NCBI GenBank assembly: GCA_045545475.1
Contig: JAZQAZ010000030.1
Location: forward strand, 1-64,000
Reading direction: 5' to 3'
Source of the DNA: Clostridia bacterium
GTDB lineage: Bacteria > Bacillota > Clostridia > CAKSNL01 > HGM11501
DNA length: 64,000 nt
Below the pieces are notes generated by a model that searched no databases, was not told the DNA's origin, and saw only the letters and a list, made by a program, of their open reading frames with translations. A program made the position numbers and the translations under genes. Positions 9,735 through 18,638 of the stretch are shown here, in pieces. Positions within the stretch are counted from its first letter, which is position 1. The number at the start of each line of letters is the position of its first letter.

Positions 9735-10424
9735 TTACTCCATATTTATAAGAGCATCTTTCAATTTTTCAACAGCTTTTTTCTCAATTCTTGACACATA
9801 GCTTCTGGATATGTTTAGAATCTTTGCGATTTTTCTTTGCGGTATCTGTTTCCCGTCCTTCAGTCCGTAGCGTAACTCAATAATCATTTTTTCTCTTTCA
9901 TCAAGACATTCTCTTATACTTTCGTACAGCTTTTTCACCTTTTGCTTTTTTTCGTAGCTGTCTTCTATTTCTTCCTCCTCGGAAGGAATAATATCCATAA
10001 GAGTAACTTCGTTACCCTCTTTATCGCTTCCTATACTTTCAGAAAGCGAAACCTCGGAAGGCAGATGCTTCTTTGCCCTTAAGACCATGAGAATCTCATT
10101 ATGAATACATTTAGCAACATATGTGGAAAGCCTGGTTTTTTTATTAGTACTGAATGTATTAATTCCCTTTATAAGGCCAATAGTTCCTATGGATAAAAGG
10201 TCGTCGGCTTCATCGGTGGTCCCTGAATATTTTTTCACTATGTGGGCAACCAGTCTGAGATTATGCTCAATCAGTTTATTTTTAGCTTCTTCATCGTTGT
10301 TTTTCTCATACCTCTCAATCAGCACAGCTTCTTCCTTTTCTGTAAGCGGCTTTGGAAAACTGCCACTTTGCAGGTGTCCCAAAAGAAATATTTTCTGTAG
10401 TAGTGCCAGAATTAAAGCTAACAT
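9735..10424 (-). CDS. sigK: pro-sigma-K sporulation sigma factor, uninterrupted
   Basis: Hydrophobic pro-sequence then SFPKPL; HNLRLVAHIVKKY; ISRSYVSRIEKKA. Confidence 0.92.
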   Translation of the reverse strand: MLALILALLQKIFLLGHLQSGSFPKPLTEKEEAVLIERYEKNNDEEAKNKLIEHNLRLVAHIVKKYSGTTDEADDLLSIGTIGLIKGINTFSTNKKTRLSTYVAKCIHNEILMVLRAKKHLPSEVSLSESIGSDKEGNEVTLMDIIPSEEEEIEDSYEKKQKVKKLYESIRECLDEREKMIIELRYGLKDGKQIPQRKIAKILNISRSYVSRIEKKAVEKLKDALINME

Positions 10425-10426
10425 AA

Positions 10427-10472
10427 AAACTCCTTTTACATATCTTCATGTCATGATATGTAAAAGGAGTTT
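10427..10472 (-). promoter_or_regulatory. perfect 18-bp inverted repeat covering the sigK SD; overlaps a sigE-like promoter
   Basis: AAACTCCTTTTACATATC-N10-GATATGTAAAAGGAGTTT; minus-strand ATA-N16-CATATCAT. Confidence 0.7.
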
Positions 10473-10483
10473 GTCTTATTACA

Positions 10484-11164
10484 TTAAATTTCTCCCTGTA
10501 TTTCTTTTCTCAGCTTAAGAGCAAGACGAGGATTTCTTGTTGTTATATTGAAAATCCCCAGTTCAAGCAATCTTCTTATCTCCTCTTCGCTGTCTGCTGT
10601 CCATGCAGAAAACGTAAGTCCCAGGGATTTAATTCTTTCAAAATTTTCTTTTGTAATCATGCTGTAATGCAAATTTATCACCCGACATCCTTCGGCAATG
10701 CACTTTTCTTCTATCCTTGCGATGTCTCTTTCGTTGTCCGATGAGGGCCAAAGGCTCATCCACAGTTCTCCTCCGAGACTTTCTGTTTCCGTCTTCTTAT
10801 CGTTGCACGCTCCTGTAAATACGGCTCTATCCCCCATGCCCCGAGAATTTACTTTTTCCATTACATAAGGAACAAGCTCTTCCGTCTTTACATCAAAATT
10901 AATTCTCAATTTTTCATATGACATAACAGAATCAAGAAACTCATCAAGACTAACTGAATTTTCAGGATTGCAAACTTCGTCATGGGAAAGATACAGCACA
11001 TCTTTGCTTCTTCTCACATCCACCTCTATCATTTCAGCATCAGACTTTATGGCCTCCATGATATGCTCCCTGCTATTGGGCAATGTATTTTCGCATCCAG
11101 AATGTGCCGTTATTATTGTAAGACCTGCTCTAACTATTTCTTCTGGCGAATATTTCATAATCAT
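10484..11164 (-). CDS. glycerophosphodiester phosphodiesterase family
   Basis: TAHSG, IEVDV, LSHD, AWT and ITT motifs. Confidence 0.8.
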   Translation of the reverse strand: MIMKYSPEEIVRAGLTIITAHSGCENTLPNSREHIMEAIKSDAEMIEVDVRRSKDVLYLSHDEVCNPENSVSLDEFLDSVMSYEKLRINFDVKTEELVPYVMEKVNSRGMGDRAVFTGACNDKKTETESLGGELWMSLWPSSDNERDIARIEEKCIAEGCRVINLHYSMITKENFERIKSLGLTFSAWTADSEEEIRRLLELGIFNITTRNPRLALKLRKEIQGEI

Positions 11165-11167
11165 CCC

Positions 11168-12061
11168 TCAGTTCACTATATCAGCATTATATGAAAATGC
11201 ATCGGTTAAAGATATATCTCCTATCTTTTCGGCTCTTTCTCCCTCAACCAGGAACTGCACCTGGCTTACCTCCGGAAGTCTTGCAAGAGTGTTTACGATA
11301 GAATATACGCAAAGCTCCGAATTTTCTGCCGGAAGTGCCAAAAATTCTTTTGACAGATTCACATAACAGAACTGGTCCTTGGTCTCTATAGATAAAACCT
11401 TTATATCATCGCTCAAAAGAGTCAATCCCTTTGTCGCAGGGCCTTTCATAAGTTCCCCGATAGCCGTTTTCTCAGCCGTTTCGTTATCTTTAATGTCGAG
11501 CATACGCTTCTCACTTATCAGACCGGTTTTATCCTCATTTGCAAAATAAAGTTCCAGTACCACGGTCTGATTTCTACCGATTTCATCCACCGAAATAACA
11601 TTATACATGGAAAGTGCACCGATTTCCTCATCACTCGCCGTGTAATTTAATTTTCTGCCGTTAACCAAAATCTGCACCTTATTTATTCCGTCAATTGCAC
11701 AAAGGGTATTCACCACAGAATATATCGCCATAAGCCTTTCTGCCGGGCCAATGGTTTTTTCAAAATCCTGCGACAAATTAACAGTAACGTTTTTTCCCTC
11801 TAATCTGACACCTAAAAGAGCTGTATCGGGAGGTACGGCCTTTTTGTGTTCAGCCCTGTATGGGCCCTCCAAAAGTTTTTCCATAACGGCATAAACCGTT
11901 TTTTCCAAGGAAAGATTTTCCTCAATGCTTACCGCCTCTTCAACCATGCTCTTTCCGTCATCGGAAGAAAAATACACCGTATACTTTTCGCTTTGCATGC
12001 TGCAACCGGAAAATGCAAAAAGCAGAGTTAACGAAAGCATTAAAATGAATATTTTTTTCAT
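11168..12061 (-). CDS. GerMN-domain lipoprotein (two GerMN domains)
   Basis: Lipobox FSGC; repeated L..GP, VNLS, YSVVNTL and VQILV motifs. Confidence 0.85.
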   Translation of the reverse strand: MKKIFILMLSLTLLFAFSGCSMQSEKYTVYFSSDDGKSMVEEAVSIEENLSLEKTVYAVMEKLLEGPYRAEHKKAVPPDTALLGVRLEGKNVTVNLSQDFEKTIGPAERLMAIYSVVNTLCAIDGINKVQILVNGRKLNYTASDEEIGALSMYNVISVDEIGRNQTVVLELYFANEDKTGLISEKRMLDIKDNETAEKTAIGELMKGPATKGLTLLSDDIKVLSIETKDQFCYVNLSKEFLALPAENSELCVYSIVNTLARLPEVSQVQFLVEGERAEKIGDISLTDAFSYNADIVN

Positions 12062-12065
12062 AATT

Positions 12066-13460
12066 TTACGCCAGCGGAAGGTATATGCGAAATACGCTTC
12101 CTGTGCCCTCCTCACTTTCAACATCTATATGGCCGCCATGCATTTCCACTGCAGAAAGGGCAATGGAAAGTCCAAGACCTGTTCCTCCTGTTTCTCTTGA
12201 TCTGGCTTTATCCACACGATAAAAACGGTCAAAAATTTTACTTATTTCATCCTTTGAAATTCCGATTCCGCTGTCTGATACAGTAAAGATCGCATTATAC
12301 AAATCCTTTTCCAGAAACATTTCAACCTTTCCGCCATATGGAGTATATTTTATTGCATTATCGGTTATGTTGTAAAAAGCTTCCCAGATTTTATTTTTTT
12401 CCATTATCATAAAGATATCACCGCTGCAATTTAAGCTTAAGCGTACGCCCTTTTGCATTGCAATTTTTGTAAGGGAGCCTGCCACGCCTCTTACAATATC
12501 TTTAAGATTGCCGGTTACAAACTTTTTATTTTCGCTGTATTTTGCCGCATCCATTCTGGTAAGATCCAAAAGGTCATTTACAATATTGGTAAGCCTGTCA
12601 ACCTCGTCGTTCATATCGTGCAGGAACTCAGAAACCATTTCAAAGGGAGCATTATCTCCCGCCGCAATAACAGAATCGCATATGAGCTTTATGGAACTTA
12701 AAGGCGTTTTAAGTTCGTGAGATGCGTTTGATACAAATGCGGTTCTTTTCTCTTCCTGCGCTTCAAGTTCTTCTATAAGTGAGTTAAAGCTTTCTACCAG
12801 TTCCCCTATTTCTCCCGTACCTTCAACGTCGATCTTCATCTTATGAGAATCCTTCTGTCCTTTTATTTTCTTTATAAGCCTCTCTATGGGAGCTGTAAAC
12901 AAGCCCGCAAAAATAAAGCTCAAAAGAATCGCAATGGCACAAAGAAGCACAGTAAGGTAATTTATTCTTCTTTCCGTAGCAGAAAGAATTGCCCCGATTT
13001 CATTTGCCGAGGATTCTATATATACCACTCCGCTTACCTCGCCATTTCTTATTATCGGAACGGAGGCTGCAGTTGTTATAACATCTTCGCTTTCCACCTT
13101 ATTATATGTGCTTTCGCCGCAAAGACCGGAAAGAATCATCGGACTAAGACGAACCTTTCCTGTAGAATCCACATAAATATTTTCCGCATTATCATAAATA
13201 ACCACCGCATCCGTGTTTGTTACGATGATGCGGCTGTTATTACCTATCGAAAGCATTATGATGTCCTCATCCATAGTTTTTTCTATTCCGGAAGGAGGAA
13301 CATCCGCTATATCTGTTGCAATAATATTGATTTTAGTCATTAAGTTTACTTTATTATCGTTGTAAAGAGCAGATGACATCGCCGTAAGCATGTACATTCT
13401 TACCACGGTAACTGCAAGCAAAATTATAACGATATAAGTAAGTATAAGACGGTATTTCAT
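12066..13460 (-). CDS. sensor histidine kinase (HAMP-HisKA-HATPase)
   Basis: SHELKTPL H-box, NAIKY, DSGIG, RFYRVDKARSR, GTGLGL. Confidence 0.95.
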   Translation of the reverse strand: MKYRLILTYIVIILLAVTVVRMYMLTAMSSALYNDNKVNLMTKINIIATDIADVPPSGIEKTMDEDIIMLSIGNNSRIIVTNTDAVVIYDNAENIYVDSTGKVRLSPMILSGLCGESTYNKVESEDVITTAASVPIIRNGEVSGVVYIESSANEIGAILSATERRINYLTVLLCAIAILLSFIFAGLFTAPIERLIKKIKGQKDSHKMKIDVEGTGEIGELVESFNSLIEELEAQEEKRTAFVSNASHELKTPLSSIKLICDSVIAAGDNAPFEMVSEFLHDMNDEVDRLTNIVNDLLDLTRMDAAKYSENKKFVTGNLKDIVRGVAGSLTKIAMQKGVRLSLNCSGDIFMIMEKNKIWEAFYNITDNAIKYTPYGGKVEMFLEKDLYNAIFTVSDSGIGISKDEISKIFDRFYRVDKARSRETGGTGLGLSIALSAVEMHGGHIDVESEEGTGSVFRIYLPLA

Positions 13461-13527
13461 TCTCTGAGCAGTTTTTACGCATTTTTTCCAGAAATCTTTA
13501 AATGAAAAATGCCCGCTTCTTTCTTCC

Positions 13528-14211
13528 TTAGTCTTCTTTAAAATAGTAACCTACTCCCCACTTTGTTATGATATAAACCGGATTTGCCGGATCCGGCTCA
13601 ATTTTTTCTCTCAAACGGCGGATATGCACATCCAGCGTTCTTATGTCTGCAGGATAGTCATAACCCCATATAATATCAAGCAGAGCTTCTCTGGTGTAAA
13701 CTTTACCGGGATTTGTTATAAACAAATCAAGAATTTCAAATTCCTTGGATGTAAGTTCAACAGTTTTTCCGTTAGCTGTTGCACGTCTTAAATTATAGTC
13801 AACCTTAAGACCGCCTCTGACTACACTGGTGCTGCTCTTTTTAGCCTGACTCTGTCCGCTTCTTCTTATAATGGCTTTTACCCTTAGCTTAAGCTCAAGT
13901 ATATTGAAAGGCTTTGTGAGGTAGTCATCTGCACCGTATTCAAGGCCCATTATTCTGTCCATATCGTCAGTTTTAGCTGTAAGCATAATTATCGGCACAT
14001 TTGAAAAGTCCCTTATTATTCTGCACACCTCAAGACCATCAATTTTAGGAAGCATAAGGTCAAGAATTATAAGATCTATTGACTTGTCTCTGGCAAGCTT
14101 TACGGCTTCTTCACCATCATATGCCGTTTCAACGTCATAACCGTCCTGTTCAAAATTAAATTTCATTCCTTTTACAAGGAGCTTTTCATCGTCCACTATA
14201 AGTATTTTCAT
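13528..14211 (-). CDS. OmpR/PhoB-family response regulator (WalR-like)
   Basis: ILIVDDE, LDLMLP, GADDYLTKPF, DVHIRRLREKIE. Confidence 0.95.
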   Translation of the reverse strand: MKILIVDDEKLLVKGMKFNFEQDGYDVETAYDGEEAVKLARDKSIDLIILDLMLPKIDGLEVCRIIRDFSNVPIIMLTAKTDDMDRIMGLEYGADDYLTKPFNILELKLRVKAIIRRSGQSQAKKSSTSVVRGGLKVDYNLRRATANGKTVELTSKEFEILDLFITNPGKVYTREALLDIIWGYDYPADIRTLDVHIRRLREKIEPDPANPVYIITKWGVGYYFKED

Positions 14212-14330
14212 TAAACCTTCAATTCCTTTCCACTTTATGCTTATATAGTTATATAATATCACAAATGCAAGCCAACTTCAATATTTTTTTATTAAAAAAA
14301 CAAAAGCGGTGTTAAAACACCGCCTTTGCA

Positions 14331-15533
14331 TCAATCGCTGAGAATGTAGATATTACAACTTCTTCTTCCGAACTGTATGCACTCGTTATAACTGTCATAG
14401 AAAAGGTCTACACGGTTGCCTTTGATGAGACCGCCTGTGTCTCCTGCAAGGCAAACGCCATAGCTCCATGAGCCGTCTGTAGACTCAATATAAAGTCTTG
14501 TTCCAAGGGGAATAACTCTGGGATCTACAGCAACAACACCCACCTTGGACTGAATACCGCTGGCAGTTTTACCCTTGTCGCAATATGCAGTAGCCTTGGC
14601 TGTTATAACCTTGCTGTACGAATAACCGTTAACGGTACCAACTGCAGCTGCCGCATTCTGGTCATCTCTCTTTACATTCCATACGCCACATTCAACAATC
14701 TTGTTTACCGCGGGCTTAACAACCATTTCGTTTGACTCATAACTTACTGCCACGCCGTCATGATAGGTTATAACATTGTCAATAAGCATTTCTCCGTCAG
14801 TACCTTCTGCAACAACAACTTCTTCACCGGGAGAAAGCTGCTTGTTGATTCTGTACTCAACTTCAAAGGGCATAACAATGGTCTGCGTATCATGAACCAC
14901 AGCCACACGTGTAATCACAATTTCAACACCGGGATACACAAGGCTTGTCATCTGGGGAGTTACCATGTCATCCTCATCAACGCTTACACCGGAAAGTCTT
15001 ATAGCATCAGCTACGGTACCGTCTGCAATCATAACGGGATAGGTTGCACAATCGGCATATACATTTACCGAAAAAGCTTCCTTTACGGCATAAATTCCAC
15101 CATCTGCAACCGCACCTTTTTTACCTGTCTCATAAACAACAACCGTATCATGCTCTCCGATAAAAGCACGTGCATCTTCTGCAAGCTCTTCTGTGGTGCT
15201 TGCTGTTGTCTCAATGCTGATTTCCTCTTCGCCATCATGAATTACAACTGTCTTCATACGCTTTAAATTAATTGTGGAATTTTTCATTATTTTGGCATTC
15301 GCCTCGGGGAAAGTGATATCGCCGTTACTTACGGCGTAATCACCGTCTGCAAGAATGTTTTCTACAGTTCCTGCATCTGTACTGATGGTTTTTGCGGGAA
15401 TACCGTCAATTTCAATGTTAACCTGAATTTCGTCGTCATACACATAACTGTTTACGCCTGTTGCAGCCAGCATTACGGATAACATCAAAACTAAAATACG
15501 TGTATTAAAAACCGCTTTGATAATTTTAAACAT
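14331..15533 (-). CDS. YabE-like cell-wall protein (DUF348 - G5 - 3D domains)
   Basis: C-terminal 3D domain: ATAY, AVDPRVIPLG, DTGGLIKGNRVDLF. Confidence 0.85.
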   Translation of the reverse strand: MFKIIKAVFNTRILVLMLSVMLAATGVNSYVYDDEIQVNIEIDGIPAKTISTDAGTVENILADGDYAVSNGDITFPEANAKIMKNSTINLKRMKTVVIHDGEEEISIETTASTTEELAEDARAFIGEHDTVVVYETGKKGAVADGGIYAVKEAFSVNVYADCATYPVMIADGTVADAIRLSGVSVDEDDMVTPQMTSLVYPGVEIVITRVAVVHDTQTIVMPFEVEYRINKQLSPGEEVVVAEGTDGEMLIDNVITYHDGVAVSYESNEMVVKPAVNKIVECGVWNVKRDDQNAAAAVGTVNGYSYSKVITAKATAYCDKGKTASGIQSKVGVVAVDPRVIPLGTRLYIESTDGSWSYGVCLAGDTGGLIKGNRVDLFYDSYNECIQFGRRSCNIYILSD

Positions 15534-15642
15534 AAAAGCAATCCTTTCCGAAGACTTTCCGATCCAATTCTTTTTATTTTTCCCACCTGAGCGGTGATGA
15601 AAAAAAGCCTTCTGAAAACATTTTTATTTTTGTTCCTCGTAA

Positions 15643-15671
15643 ATTATAACTAAATTGTTACGAAAAGTCAA
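15643..15671 (-). promoter_or_regulatory. sigma-A promoter of the yabE-like gene
   Basis: TTGACT-17 bp-TATAAT on the minus strand. Confidence 0.7.
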
Positions 15672-16055
15672 GTTTTTTTATTCAGTTTTAGTGTCTTAAT
15701 CAGTTTTTCTCTCATTTTCATACTATATCTAGTGTATAACGCCTTAAAAATAATTACATTTTCTTAATATTTTCATTTAATTTTCAGCTTTTTTTGCCCC
15801 GATTTTTTAGGTGGTTTTTTCATAAAAGTTTCTCATAAAAGCCATCAAAACACCTCAAATTAAACTTTTTAAAAATCAAAAAACGCCACATTTCGGCGTT
15901 TTTTTCAAAAGCATCAACTCTCATTCGGTAATCTAATTTTTTCGCGTGATTTTTAGATTAATTGTTAAAAATTAAAAAAGTTATATTTTCCAATTATTAC
16001 AATATTATATATAAAAAGACTTAAAGGTCACACATTAAAGAAAGGAGGTTTTTAA

Positions 16056-17087
16056 GTGAAAAAATTACTTCTTCTTTTGTCATCTTTTATTTTTTTCACG
16101 CTGACGGTATTTTTCTGCTTACACGCCCCTTTAATGTCGGATTCGTTTTTTTCCGATGCACTCAGCTTTACAGCACCGGGAGTTTCCCCGGAAATCAAGG
16201 TTTTGCCCACCATCTGTCCCGACCTTATTTATAAACAATGCATAGCTTCCGCTTCGACCATCAAAAAAGTGTCCTCACCCAAACCTGTTGCAAAAAGCGA
16301 AAGCAAGCCTTTATCTTATATATCAGATCCCGTACCTTCAGGAATAATAGAAACCACTATTTCGAAAGGAGGGACAAGCCTGTCGGGTGCAGAAATAAAC
16401 AACGAAACAGATTACGACCTTGCAGAGGCCCTTAGGAACGTGGATATTTCCGGCTCCCCGACCGTTCTTATAGTGCACACCCATGCCTCAGAGTCATACA
16501 GACCTTCATTTACATACAACTACACCCCCACTGACAACTCACGAACCGAAGACACCGATTTCAATGTTGTGCGTGTGGGAAAAGAGCTGGCCACATACCT
16601 TTCCTCCTACGGAATAAACGTAATCCACGACTCATCCTTAAACGATTATCCTTCATACAACGGCTCTTATCAGAAAACGCTTAAGCTTATTGAAAGTCAC
16701 CTTAAGAAAAATCCTTCCATTGATATGATAATTGACCTGCACAGAGATGCCATGGAGCGTACCGACGGAACAAAAATAAGCACCGTGTGCACCATAGAAA
16801 ACGAAAAAGCCGCTCAGGTAATGCTTGTTGCAGGCACAGACCAAAGCGGACTTTCGCACGATAACTGGAGAGACAACTTTTCCTTTGCCGTAAAACTCCA
16901 GAACATTATTAACAGTAAATTCCCTTATCTCGCACGTCCTATAAACGTAAGAAAAGAACGCTTTAACGGACATCTTTCAAAAAAAGAACTCATAATAGAA
17001 GTGGGCACAACGGGAAATACCCTTGATGAAGCACTGGTAAGTGCCCGTGCCCTGGCCTCTTCCATAAATGAATTTTACAAAGGATAA
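16056..17087 (+). CDS. spoIIP: stage II sporulation protein P
   Basis: VLIVHTHASESY, DLHRD, RFNGHL and IEVG motifs; N-terminal TM. Confidence 0.9.
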   Translation: MKKLLLLLSSFIFFTLTVFFCLHAPLMSDSFFSDALSFTAPGVSPEIKVLPTICPDLIYKQCIASASTIKKVSSPKPVAKSESKPLSYISDPVPSGIIETTISKGGTSLSGAEINNETDYDLAEALRNVDISGSPTVLIVHTHASESYRPSFTYNYTPTDNSRTEDTDFNVVRVGKELATYLSSYGINVIHDSSLNDYPSYNGSYQKTLKLIESHLKKNPSIDMIIDLHRDAMERTDGTKISTVCTIENEKAAQVMLVAGTDQSGLSHDNWRDNFSFAVKLQNIINSKFPYLARPINVRKERFNGHLSKKELIIEVGTTGNTLDEALVSARALASSINEFYKG

Positions 17088-17695
17088 CTTATCACAAACA
17101 CAACAGAGCCTAAAAATGTAACCTTGCCCTCGGAAAGGTCAAACACTTCACTCTTCGGAAATGTGGACTCTTCTCTGATTGTAACCTTTCCTCCGTTTAT
17201 AAACACACGGCGTATTTTCGCTTCCTCGCCTTCTATTCTTACCGCCGCAAGACTACCGGATTCAATCGGCGATGCAGGATTTATGAGTACCTTATCTCCC
17301 GCACCTATTTTTGCGTAGAGCATAGAATCATCCTTTGCAATTATGAAATAGCAAAGTTCCATATCCTTCCTCGAATAGTTTCCTGTAATGTAGCCTATAA
17401 CCTCCATCTCTCTGATGTCTTCCTTGTCAGTTACTTTATCGGGAAATTCAGAAAATATCGGAACCTTTGTTATAGGCTCTGACATTTCCGCTACGTCGCT
17501 TTTGCCCTTGATATAGTCCGTAGATACCGAAAGTACACGGGCAATTATTTTAAGGCTGTCATCATCCGGCAGACTGTAGTCGGTTATATACCGTTCCAAA
17601 GACATTTTTCCTATGCCGGTCTTTTCCGAAAGCTCTGTTTTTGTCATTTTACGTTCTATCATTATTTTAAGTATTCTTTCTCCTATTGTTGCCAT
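17075..17695 (-). CDS. XRE HTH + peptidase S24-like (CI/LexA-like) repressor with degenerate autoprotease
   Basis: N-terminal HTH_3; DDSM; GDKVLI; AAAGGAG SD before MATIG. Confidence 0.8.
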   Translation of the reverse strand: MATIGERILKIMIERKMTKTELSEKTGIGKMSLERYITDYSLPDDDSLKIIARVLSVSTDYIKGKSDVAEMSEPITKVPIFSEFPDKVTDKEDIREMEVIGYITGNYSRKDMELCYFIIAKDDSMLYAKIGAGDKVLINPASPIESGSLAAVRIEGEEAKIRRVFINGGKVTIREESTFPKSEVFDLSEGKVTFLGSVVFVISYPL

Positions 17696-17732
17696 ACGTG
17701 CTCTCCTTTTATAAATTCTAAACATTATACAT

Positions 17733-17774
17733 TAAGGGAATATCCCTTGAAACTTAATAAGGGATATTCCCTTA
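17733..17774. promoter_or_regulatory. twin inverted operator, copy A
   Basis: TAAGGGAATATCCCTT-N10-AAGGGATATTCCCTTA between divergent HTH genes. Confidence 0.75.
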
Positions 17775-17804
17775 TGTCAGCACATCCTTAAAAAGGTGAT
17801 ATTT

Positions 17805-18026
17805 ATGAAACTCAGGATACGAGATTTAAGAGAAGACCACGATTTAAGTCAGAAACAAATTGCCGATATGCTTCACATTCATCAGACAACATATTCTGAT
17901 TATGAACCGGGGAATTTAAATATACCGCTTTCCGTACTTTCTTCCCTGGCAGATTTCTACGAAACCAGCATTGATTACATTGCAGGACGGACAGATGAAA
18001 TCAAGCCCTATCCTCCGAAAAAATAA
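17805..18026 (+). CDS. small XRE-family HTH protein (copy A)
   Basis: RIRDLREDHDLSQKQIA...YSDYE...SIDYIAG. Confidence 0.85.
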   Translation: MKLRIRDLREDHDLSQKQIADMLHIHQTTYSDYEPGNLNIPLSVLSSLADFYETSIDYIAGRTDEIKPYPPKK

Positions 18027-18036
18027 GCCAACTATA

Positions 18037-18270
18037 TCAATCCTCAAAATACAGTAATTTATAAGGCGGAATTTCAAGAGCTTTTGCAATTTTGAATAAG
18101 GTATCAAGAGAAATAGCTTTATATATATTCGGTGCTTCGATTTGCCCTATGAAAGATACTCCACAATCCAAAATTTCCGCAAGCTGTTCCTGTGTTAATG
18201 ATTTCAGCTTTCTGTAATAAGAGATTTTCAGTCCTATTTTTATATAATTATCCTTAAACTCTATATTCAT
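18037..18270 (-). CDS. small XRE-family HTH protein
   Basis: IGLKISYYRKLKSLTQEQLAE...SLDTLFKIAKAL. Confidence 0.85.
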   Translation of the reverse strand: MNIEFKDNYIKIGLKISYYRKLKSLTQEQLAEILDCGVSFIGQIEAPNIYKAISLDTLFKIAKALEIPPYKLLYFED

Positions 18271-18319
18271 TTAAATCTCTCCTGCACAGTGGCATTACTT
18301 GTCAGCAACATTATACATC

Positions 18320-18360
18320 AAGGGAATATCCCTTAAAACAGAATAAGGGATATTCCCTTA
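18320..18360. promoter_or_regulatory. twin inverted operator, copy B
   Basis: AAGGGAATATCCCTTA...TAAGGGATATTCCCTTA; core identical to copy A. Confidence 0.75.
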
Positions 18361-18388
18361 TGTTAAGATATTTACGGAGGCGATGTTT

Positions 18389-18610
18389 ATGAAACTCAGA
18401 ATAAAAGACCTTCGTGAAGACCACGATTTAAGTCAGAAACAAATTGCAGATATGCTTCATATACACCAGACAACGTATTCCGATTATGAGCTCGGAAAAC
18501 TTAATATTCCTTTATCCGTACTTTGCACTCTGGCAGATTTTTATAAAACCAGCATCGACTATATCGCAGGTCGCACCGACGAAATCAAGCCCTATCCGCC
18601 GAAAAAATAA
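18389..18610 (+). CDS. small XRE-family HTH protein (copy B, paralog of 17805..18026)
   Basis: Differs from copy A at only about 6 residues. Confidence 0.85.
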   Translation: MKLRIKDLREDHDLSQKQIADMLHIHQTTYSDYELGKLNIPLSVLCTLADFYKTSIDYIAGRTDEIKPYPPKK

Positions 18611-18638
18611 CACCGCACAGTGTGCGGTGTTATTTTTT
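18602..18638. terminator. bidirectional intrinsic terminator
   Basis: AAAAAATAACACCGCAC-AGT-GTGCGGTGTTATTTTTT between convergent genes. Confidence 0.8.

Noticed and set aside
9735-10424. skin-like element interrupting sigK
   Set aside because: The ORF is continuous from pro-sequence to region 4, and no recombinase is nearby
15534-15640. c-di-AMP (ydaO) riboswitch upstream of the 3D-domain gene
   Set aside because: The leader is short and AT-rich and lacks the recognisable conserved motifs
17075-18610. Prophage immunity region or toxin-antitoxin locus
   Set aside because: No integrase, replication, structural or toxin-like ORF adjacent; kept only as an unexplained regulator cluster
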